Below are positions 29,994-37,423 of a stretch of DNA of 64,000 nucleotides, piece by piece (position 1 is the stretch's first letter; each line of letters begins with the position of its first letter). The stretch spans positions 1,420,000-1,483,999 of the forward strand of contig OZ242021.1 of NCBI GenBank assembly GCA_965204925.1, in the 5' to 3' direction. This DNA is from Candidatus Poriferihabitaceae bacterium (GTDB taxonomy: Bacteria; Pseudomonadota; Gammaproteobacteria; Arenicellales; Poriferihabitantaceae). Below the pieces are notes generated by a model, which was not told the origin of the DNA, did not search any database, and saw only the letters and a program-made list of their open reading frames with translations. Made by a program: the position numbers and the translations under genes.

Positions 29994-32246
29994 ATGAAAA
30001 AAGTAGAAGATTTATTTAAGGCAAGAGCATCCAATCCACTGGATATTGCAATGCTCTACGATGGCCGCGTTGGGTTCACCATCCCCGAATATCAACGGCA
30101 GTACGATTGGTCCGAGGAAAACATCAAGAGACTATTCTGCGATACGTTAAATGGATTTCAAAGGCTTTCCGAAAGCGGCAATGACAACATCTTCACTTTT
30201 CTTGGCTCCTTGATATTGGTCGAAGAGAAAACCAGGGAGGAAAACTTTTCCGGTCAATCGGTAGCTATTGTTGATGGACAACAACGTTTAACTACTCTTA
30301 CCTTGTTTGCCTGTGCACTATGCGAGGCGCTTCGCGGATATCTTCCTGAACTTGATTCATTAGCTAACGACTCAAATATCAAGAGGTGGCTCGAAAAAGA
30401 AATAGAGGAGCGCCTTTATAAATTGTATAGATGCGCCATTGGGTCGCAGAATGTAACACCGACCCAGACATTTCCTTTCGCGCGTATAGTGCGACACGGT
30501 GACGCACGCGCCAAATCAAAGCCAGACTCGGAATACATATCGCCGGTCGGGAAATTTTTAGAAGGCTTTGCAGAATATTTTGAGAATGAGGACGTAGTAG
30601 AGTATGTACCACCTGCTCTGGGGGGAGGTACAGACGCTGGAAAACTGGCGAATAACTTTCAAATTATTCGAAAGTTACTCAGCAACCTGAACTGTACTGT
30701 GTGGTATGAGGACACCGAATGCGAACAGTTTGATATTGAATGGACGAGACGGGGCCAATGTCGTGATTTGTTCGAGCGTCTTCCCGATTTCATAAAGGAT
30801 GAGGGTGAAAGGAACAAGGCTATCGAAGAAATTATAAAAGGCTCTGCTCGCCACGAGTTATTCAGAACCCTGATGTTCTCTGCGTACTTCTGTCGTTACA
30901 TAGTTCTCACAACAGTCATAACGGAAGATGAGACCGCCGCATTTGATATTTTTGATGCTTTGAATACTACTGGCGAGCCATTGACCGCCTTGGAAACCCT
31001 GAAGCCGCGTGTAATTCAGTTTGAAAGTAAAAAATCCGGGTATGAGGGATCGGAATCTGAACTCAGCTTCAAAAAGATAAGTGAAAATCTTGATGAACGC
31101 TTTCCCGAAACATCGCGCAAGCAAACTGAAACCAAAGAATTGATAGTCACGTTTGCACTTTATCTCGAAGGGCAAAAACTCCCCAAAGATCTTGCCGCGC
31201 AAAGGAACTTCTTGAGAAGGAGTTACGATGGAGCAACTATAGGAGGCACAATATCTGCACAAAAATACGTAGAGGCGTTAGCCAAAGCGGCTGAATTCCG
31301 AAGATTTTATTGGGAAAGCGGTGGCATTGAAGAATTGGCAAAATTCCATAACCATGCGACAGTCGACGAAGTGCAGCTACTCACCTCTCTGACCAGTGAC
31401 ATGAAGACAAGTCTGGCGCTTCCAATTCTGTTGCGTTACTGGCAACCTGATCTGAAACAGGAAAACGACAAAGAAAACCGGTTTGTACAAGCACTCAAGG
31501 CAATAATTGCATTCGTCGTGATCAGGCGAGCCGCAACTGGCGGTACGGCCGGTATTGACAGCGACTTCAGGGCCATCATGGCCCCTTGCGAAGGACGCGG
31601 CGCAAGCAGGAAATTCGGGCTGTATGCCGGTATCGACAACAAAAATCCTGTCATGTCACCTGACGGTCTGAAGCAGGCGCTGAAAACACTGCTCCAACAT
31701 AAACTCAGAACGCTTGACAAGTCGAGGTGGATTGAGACTGTGGTGGCAAATCCACTGTATCAACAGTCGAAAGGTCTCGCCCGTTTCATGATACTGTCGG
31801 CAGGGCACCAGGCAATACCCTCGACCAATGAACCGGGAATCTGGGAAAAACCGGAAAGGATCAGCAAGCATACTAACGACTTCTGTAACTACCGTACCTG
31901 GAAGAACTCGTGTTATGCCACTGTTGAACACATCGCGCCGGATACAGTACCTGTACATGGATGGGAAACGGATTTGTACAAAGACAATATTTTGAGACAT
32001 TCCCTCGGCAATTTGATCCTCCTCCCGGAAAAAGAGAACGCGGCGATTAGCAGCGGGAGTTGGACCAAGAAAAGGATATTTTATTTGGCGCTTACTGAAA
32101 CATCCCCTGAACAACAAAGCAAAAGGTTTGAGGAAGCAAAATCAGCAGGTTTCAGCCTATCGAACAAAACAAAGAAACTCCTTGAGGATGGTTATCGCTT
32201 CTGGACCCTTTGCGTGATGTGGATGAATGGAATAGAGAGATTGTGA
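29994..32246 (+). CDS. sspE: SspE-like PT-sensing protein: N-terminal DUF262 (ParB-like NTPase) plus C-terminal DUF1524 His-Me/HNH nuclease (GmrSD architecture)
   Basis: DUF262 motifs IPEYQRQYDW and VAIVDGQQRLTTL. DUF1524 motifs ATVEHIAPD and LGNLILLPEKENAAISS. ATG at 29994 (MKKVEDLF); the track start at 29940 is a TTG. The tail appears frameshifted, and the frame may originally have ended at 32308. It lies next to sspABCD. Confidence 0.75.
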   Translation: MKKVEDLFKARASNPLDIAMLYDGRVGFTIPEYQRQYDWSEENIKRLFCDTLNGFQRLSESGNDNIFTFLGSLILVEEKTREENFSGQSVAIVDGQQRLTTLTLFACALCEALRGYLPELDSLANDSNIKRWLEKEIEERLYKLYRCAIGSQNVTPTQTFPFARIVRHGDARAKSKPDSEYISPVGKFLEGFAEYFENEDVVEYVPPALGGGTDAGKLANNFQIIRKLLSNLNCTVWYEDTECEQFDIEWTRRGQCRDLFERLPDFIKDEGERNKAIEEIIKGSARHELFRTLMFSAYFCRYIVLTTVITEDETAAFDIFDALNTTGEPLTALETLKPRVIQFESKKSGYEGSESELSFKKISENLDERFPETSRKQTETKELIVTFALYLEGQKLPKDLAAQRNFLRRSYDGATIGGTISAQKYVEALAKAAEFRRFYWESGGIEELAKFHNHATVDEVQLLTSLTSDMKTSLALPILLRYWQPDLKQENDKENRFVQALKAIIAFVVIRRAATGGTAGIDSDFRAIMAPCEGRGASRKFGLYAGIDNKNPVMSPDGLKQALKTLLQHKLRTLDKSRWIETVVANPLYQQSKGLARFMILSAGHQAIPSTNEPGIWEKPERISKHTNDFCNYRTWKNSCYATVEHIAPDTVPVHGWETDLYKDNILRHSLGNLILLPEKENAAISSGSWTKKRIFYLALTETSPEQQSKRFEEAKSAGFSLSNKTKKLLEDGYRFWTLCVMWMNGIERL

Positions 32247-32358
32247 ACCGGCGCGGCAAAAATATCGCAGAGTTGTGCTGGGACATGGTATGGCCATGGT
32301 TAAATTGACTATTTGTGACATGTCGGGCAAATCCTGATTACCCATACAGACCACGACG

Positions 32359-33744
32359 ATGCCCGAGTTTAAGAGGTCAGGTTTTGAGATTCCTTCGTGG
32401 ATTCGTTATGAAGATGGCCCTTATGCACATCAGGGAGAAGCCGTCAAAGCGTGGTTTGAAAACGGCTGTCAAGGCATTTTCTCCATTGCTACGGGAGGCG
32501 GGAAAACGCTTACCTCTTTAATCGCAGCCAGCCTTCTTTCGCGCAAACTGGATAAATTACTTGTAGTCATCGCCGTACCTACAACTGCCCTGCTAAACCA
32601 GTGGCAATCGGACGTGAGAGTTTTTTCCGTTAAGCCTGTCAATACATTAGGGTCAAGCGCAAAAACAGTAAAAAGGAGCCTGAAAGAGGCTGGAAGAAGA
32701 CTAAGGCTCAACTTGTCAAAAGTCGAAGCTCTCTTAATTACTCACGACTCTCTCAAAGGTAGTTATGCAGTACAAATTGAAGCGCTATCAAGAGATATTC
32801 CTGCCCTGCTAATCGGTGACGAGGTACACAATCTCGGGTCGGAAGGGTTCAGGAACTCCCCACCTGAATACTTCAAATACAGACTGGGGTTGTCTGCAAC
32901 ATATGAAAGGGCATTTGATGACGACGGTAACGTGTTTTTACTTGGTTATTTCGGAGATGTTGTGTTTGATTATCCATTGGAAAAGGCAATAGGAAATTGC
33001 CTCGTACCATACGAATATTACGCCCATGAAGTATCGTTATCTGCCGAAGAAGAGGAAGATTTCCTGGACATAACATATGAGATAAAGAAAATCTCATATG
33101 CAAACAACCTCTCAGATGGAGACGAAACAAAAGAATATCTGAAAAGGCTCTTCCTGAAGAGGCGCCGAATAATTGAGTCCGCATCGCAGAGGGTGGATAT
33201 TTTCGATAAGATACTACCGCTATCGAAAGGCGACATACGCAGGACACTAATATTCTGTACCGACAAATTCCCGGAGCAATTGGACAAGGTGAATGCTGTA
33301 TTGAACACCAGAAGGCTGGAGTTTCATCAAATAACACAAGAAGAAACACAGAACTCAAATACACTAAAGCGCCTGATAAGCTCATTTGGTGATGGCGATT
33401 TACATGCATTAACATCTAAAAGGGTTCTTGATGAGGGGTTCAATGTCCCCCAAACTGAGGTGGCCTACCTTCTGGCTAGCCAGACCGGAAAAAGACAATG
33501 GATACAACGGTTGGGCCGAATCCTAAGACTTTCGCCATCAACAAACAAGCAAAAGGCCGTATTACACGATTTGGTGGTAATTCCACCGTCCCTTGATGAA
33601 TCCTTTGATGAAGATTTCAAGTCGATGGTCGGGTCCGAGCATGAAAGAGTGACGTTTTTTACAAAACTAAGCCAAAACGGCCTGGAAGAAAACGGATCAA
33701 TATATCTTGCAAATAAACTTTTGAATTTGTTGAGGAAAAAATGA
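32359..33744 (+). CDS. SF2 (DEAH/ResIII-type) helicase core with no recognisable nuclease domain
   Basis: Motifs: YAHQGEAV (Q), ATGGGKT (I), GDEVHNLG (II), LSAT (III) and QRLGRILR (VI). 461 aa. Confidence 0.8.
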   Translation: MPEFKRSGFEIPSWIRYEDGPYAHQGEAVKAWFENGCQGIFSIATGGGKTLTSLIAASLLSRKLDKLLVVIAVPTTALLNQWQSDVRVFSVKPVNTLGSSAKTVKRSLKEAGRRLRLNLSKVEALLITHDSLKGSYAVQIEALSRDIPALLIGDEVHNLGSEGFRNSPPEYFKYRLGLSATYERAFDDDGNVFLLGYFGDVVFDYPLEKAIGNCLVPYEYYAHEVSLSAEEEEDFLDITYEIKKISYANNLSDGDETKEYLKRLFLKRRRIIESASQRVDIFDKILPLSKGDIRRTLIFCTDKFPEQLDKVNAVLNTRRLEFHQITQEETQNSNTLKRLISSFGDGDLHALTSKRVLDEGFNVPQTEVAYLLASQTGKRQWIQRLGRILRLSPSTNKQKAVLHDLVVIPPSLDESFDEDFKSMVGSEHERVTFFTKLSQNGLEENGSIYLANKLLNLLRKK

Positions 33745-33950
33745 CGGTTTCATTTAGAAAAGTAAATTCAATGATTGAATCGGAAGTATCGAATCAAGAA
33801 TTCAGTGAGGAGCAAAAGAAAATACTCGGTGACTTGTGCAAGAAAATATATTTGATCGAATCCAGCATGGAAAGAATCAGCAGTCAAATAGTAAGTGATA
33901 TAAAGGGACAAATATCTCTGAAAGCAGACGACTTTCGGAAGGCATCATGA
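33741..33950 (+). CDS. 69-aa hypothetical protein, translationally coupled on both sides
   Basis: ATGA overlaps with the helicase stop (33741-33744) and with the next start (33947-33950). Hydrophilic, predicted helical, with no motif recognised. Confidence 0.55.
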   Translation: MTVSFRKVNSMIESEVSNQEFSEEQKKILGDLCKKIYLIESSMERISSQIVSDIKGQISLKADDFRKAS

Positions 33951-36082
33951 AGTTAATCAGCGCAACCTTCAAAAACTTCAGGCTCTTGAAAGACTTGACC
34001 CTGGAGTTCTCCACTGATGAAAAAAAGCCGTTGACAGTGATCCGGGCAGCAAACGAAACGGGAAAAACGACTTGTGAGTATGGCTTAATCTGGGCTTTAT
34101 ACGGGTCCAAGGCACTACCCGGCAAGAATGAATTTTCGCTGTTTCCGGCTGACCTTAAGTCTAAAGGAGAAAGAAAGGCCGAAATAGCGGTAGAAATTGA
34201 GTTTAGAACGGAACACTCCAGAGGTTTTGGAAAAGGTTCACATAACTTGGGTTCTTCGGATTACCGCTTAATCCGATCCTGCGTTGAATACGCCAACACC
34301 GAATCCGGCATCCAGCGCGAGTCGGAGCATCGCAGAATGTTTGAAATATCACCCTCCGGGAGTAAGCGTCTTGACTCAGAAGAGACAGAAAGGGTGATCG
34401 AAAACTCTCTGCCCGCATCGTTAAAAGATGTTTATTTTACCGACGGCGATAGCGCGATGTCTTTTATTGAGGCTGCTGCGGCACGAGGAGTAAAAAGAAA
34501 GCGTGTCAGTGGTGCAATAGAAGCGTTGCTCGCAATAGATGCTCTTAATACTACAGTTAAGCACTTGGATAAGGTGTCGAAGAGTTTCGGGCAAGAAATG
34601 GACAACACCGATTATACGGCTGCGCTTGAACGACTGAATGACAGAATTGGAGGGTGGACCGAAGATATTTCTGAGTGGGAAGAGCAATCCTCTATCTTTG
34701 AAGATCAAAAAAAATCCGGCGAAAAAGAACTACGAACAACCAGAGCCCAACTGGAAGAGGCATTGAAACTGGGAGACAAAGAGAAACTGATCGACGAAAT
34801 GCGCTCCACCATGCGCCAAATAAAAAACTATGAAATAAACGCTAAAACAGAACTCCAGCAAATTGCCTCACTCACCTGCAATAAGCAGACGTCGAAGATT
34901 TTCTTAGGCGCTCTTGCAAGCAAAGCAAAAGATTTACTCTACAATCTCAACGAAGAAAAGCAGCTACCGAAAGTTAATATTCCCATTCTGGAAGAACTGC
35001 TGGACAGCAAATCATGCTTTTGCGGCGCAGATTTAAGGAAAGATAGTGAAGAAGGGAGAACTAGACGAGCAAAAATTGAGGAGGCTATTTCCTCCAGTCA
35101 GGAATCTGACATGATTCAAGAGTGCGCTACCAGTTTGTTTTACAGGGTGCGCAGTGAAGCATTCGATATCACTGAAAACAACTGGATTAAAGACTATACC
35201 GCACAACAGGGGATGTATCAGAATACCGTATCTTCTCTTCGTACAGCGGAAAGGAAGTACTCTGAACTGGATTCCTCAATCAAAGATCTGAATGACAGGA
35301 TGGTCAATCAACTCAAAGAGCAAGAAGAAACACTTGCTAATTCCATTGCGAAAATAAACCGGTTATTAGGCGCAAAAGCTACCCAGATAAAAGATGCTAC
35401 CGGTAGAAAAAAAGAAGCGGAAGAAGAGAGAACAAAAATTGAAAAAAGGCTCGGAAAAATAGATTCCTCCGCGGGGAAACTGAACCTGTCCCGATACGCA
35501 CAATCTATATTCAAATCAATTATCGACAGAATGAAGGATGAGGAATTACAAAAAGTCAGCGCCGAAATGAATAGAATATTCCTTGAGATGATCGGCGCCG
35601 ACCCCGTAAGAAATGATTTAACCCTGATTACAGAAGCCAGATTGACGGATGACTACGACATTGTTGTTTTCGGCCCAGGTCGACATCAACTGGACCCCGA
35701 CCAGGATATTAATGGCGCATCAAGACGCGCCATAACTTTGGCTTTTATTCTTGCACTGACCAAGGTATCTGAAGTTGAGGCGCCTAATGTAATCGACACG
35801 CCACTCGGCATGATGTCCGGATATGTAAAGCAATCCGTATTGCTCCAAACCATTAAGGAGGGGTCACAAACTATTTTATTCCTGACACATGACGAAATTA
35901 AGGGCGTTGAAGAAGTTCTGGACCAGTACGCAGGTAAAGTTTGCACACTAACCAATCCAGCACATTATCCCAAAATACTTAAAAACGAACCCGGCGTTAA
36001 AGATGCCAGAATTATCAAATGTGCATGTAACCACAATCAAGTATGTGAAATCTGCGAAAGGAAAAAAGTGGAGACCGCTTGA
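33947..36082 (+). CDS. DndD-like SMC/RecF-type ATPase
   Basis: N-terminal Walker A (VIRAANETGKTT), VYFTDGDS (cf. the DndD FFDGE motif), a long K/E-rich coiled-coil middle, and C-terminal ASRRAITLAFILAL plus VIDTPLGMMSG (cf. the DndD DTPLGRLD motif). Terminal Cys cluster CACNHNQVCEIC. Confidence 0.75.
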   Translation: MKLISATFKNFRLLKDLTLEFSTDEKKPLTVIRAANETGKTTCEYGLIWALYGSKALPGKNEFSLFPADLKSKGERKAEIAVEIEFRTEHSRGFGKGSHNLGSSDYRLIRSCVEYANTESGIQRESEHRRMFEISPSGSKRLDSEETERVIENSLPASLKDVYFTDGDSAMSFIEAAAARGVKRKRVSGAIEALLAIDALNTTVKHLDKVSKSFGQEMDNTDYTAALERLNDRIGGWTEDISEWEEQSSIFEDQKKSGEKELRTTRAQLEEALKLGDKEKLIDEMRSTMRQIKNYEINAKTELQQIASLTCNKQTSKIFLGALASKAKDLLYNLNEEKQLPKVNIPILEELLDSKSCFCGADLRKDSEEGRTRRAKIEEAISSSQESDMIQECATSLFYRVRSEAFDITENNWIKDYTAQQGMYQNTVSSLRTAERKYSELDSSIKDLNDRMVNQLKEQEETLANSIAKINRLLGAKATQIKDATGRKKEAEEERTKIEKRLGKIDSSAGKLNLSRYAQSIFKSIIDRMKDEELQKVSAEMNRIFLEMIGADPVRNDLTLITEARLTDDYDIVVFGPGRHQLDPDQDINGASRRAITLAFILALTKVSEVEAPNVIDTPLGMMSGYVKQSVLLQTIKEGSQTILFLTHDEIKGVEEVLDQYAGKVCTLTNPAHYPKILKNEPGVKDARIIKCACNHNQVCEICERKKVETA

Positions 36083-36514
36083 ATGTCAGATAACCCATTC
36101 GCGGCATACGATGTAGAAATACCGAAAAAGTATGCCGCAGACATCAAGAAATACTGCCAGACAGGCGGCAGTAAAGAAACATACGAGTTTGCGCCTTTTA
36201 ACAGGCAGGTTGACCTGTGGTATTTCGCTTTCCTTTATGCTGTCAAAAATAATCTTGAACCGGTAACTGAAAAAGAGACAAGTAACATTACACCAGCTAC
36301 AATTTTATCTGGTGATTCGTATCGTATTGATCATATACAGCTTGCCTGGCTGGCTGCTACCAACTCAATCAAAGAATTAGCCAATCACAGGAAAGCATTT
36401 GATTATGCTCTTTCAATGGCTAACGCCGGGTTCCCGCATGTACTTCAGTTACTCAGAGACCCGGATGACAATCCTCTTTGGTCGATATTGGATGAAATTG
36501 AAAGGACTGTCTAA
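36083..36514 (+). CDS. 143-aa hypothetical protein occupying the position DndE holds next to DndD
   Basis: Its ATG abuts the DndD-like stop (TGA|ATG). No motif was recognised. Function is inferred only from context. Confidence 0.55.
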   Translation: MSDNPFAAYDVEIPKKYAADIKKYCQTGGSKETYEFAPFNRQVDLWYFAFLYAVKNNLEPVTEKETSNITPATILSGDSYRIDHIQLAWLAATNSIKELANHRKAFDYALSMANAGFPHVLQLLRDPDDNPLWSILDEIERTV

Positions 36515-36568
36515 AACGGGGGATGGCTCTGGATTTTTTCGAGTGCATCGGAACGAATAACGTATTGA

Positions 36569-37423
36569 CTATTTATGGCATGCCAAGCAAATTTTGGCTT
36601 GCCCGTACAGGTCATCAATGTCCAGGGGATCGTTATCGGGGCGTAAAGGGTTGGGCTGTATTTTGGACCGAAGGCGTAGAAGACGTTGTTCGTGCTCCTG
36701 CCTGATTTGCTTGACCCGCTCCGGCCTTTCCAGTTCCTCCAGTGATTCTCCCTGGCTCCATGTAAATGGGGAACCGTGCTCAACGGAGTTTTTTTCGTAT
36801 GCTTTTGCTTCTTCGAATGCTTCGGGGTGTTGTTCTTTCAGGCGAACCCACTCAATTTTCTGCTGAAAGAAGCAAAAGGTACAACCACTGCGGGTTCGCC
36901 ATGAGTAGTATGCCGGCAAACCCAGCCCGGCGCTGTCGAGGATCTCAAGAACACCGGACTTGTCGATACCGGCTCCCTTGAAAGGCAGGCGCACGACCAG
37001 CCTGTCGTTCCTGGAGGCATAACCTTCACGATACTCCTCGTCTGAACGAATGGCAACATAACTGTAGATGGTTTCCCCGGCTTCGAGCATGGGACGAAGC
37101 CAGTGCTCAAACGGTCGAAGTTTCAATTGCCTCGTACACCAACGGCTCTGGGGTGAGGGTAAAAAATCATTGTACTGTTTAAGCCAGAAATCAAAATCCC
37201 GGTCGGGATTCAGCCATAATATTGGCTGACCTAAAAAACCCTCCAACCGCCCGAGATATTCGTATACCTCCGGCAATTCCTTGCCAGTGTCCGTAAAAAA
37301 ATATTCCATGTTGAGCTCCGGGTGATTCTGCCGCATGTAAACAGCAAGAGCAGCGCTGTCCCGCCCGCCGGATAAACCGAGCACATGTCGTTCCATGTTC
37401 ACCACGACCGGGATGCCCTCCAC
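36569..37423 (-). CDS. sspD: SspD, PAPS-reductase/ATP-pyrophosphatase family (PP-loop)
   Basis: PP-loop LSGGRDSAA, CTRQLK and SGCTFCF. 284 aa from GTG 37423. An alternative ATG at 37396 lies 2 nt after the sspC stop. Confidence 0.8.
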   Translation of the reverse strand: MEGIPVVVNMERHVLGLSGGRDSAALAVYMRQNHPELNMEYFFTDTGKELPEVYEYLGRLEGFLGQPILWLNPDRDFDFWLKQYNDFLPSPQSRWCTRQLKLRPFEHWLRPMLEAGETIYSYVAIRSDEEYREGYASRNDRLVVRLPFKGAGIDKSGVLEILDSAGLGLPAYYSWRTRSGCTFCFFQQKIEWVRLKEQHPEAFEEAKAYEKNSVEHGSPFTWSQGESLEELERPERVKQIRQEHEQRLLRLRSKIQPNPLRPDNDPLDIDDLYGQAKICLACHK

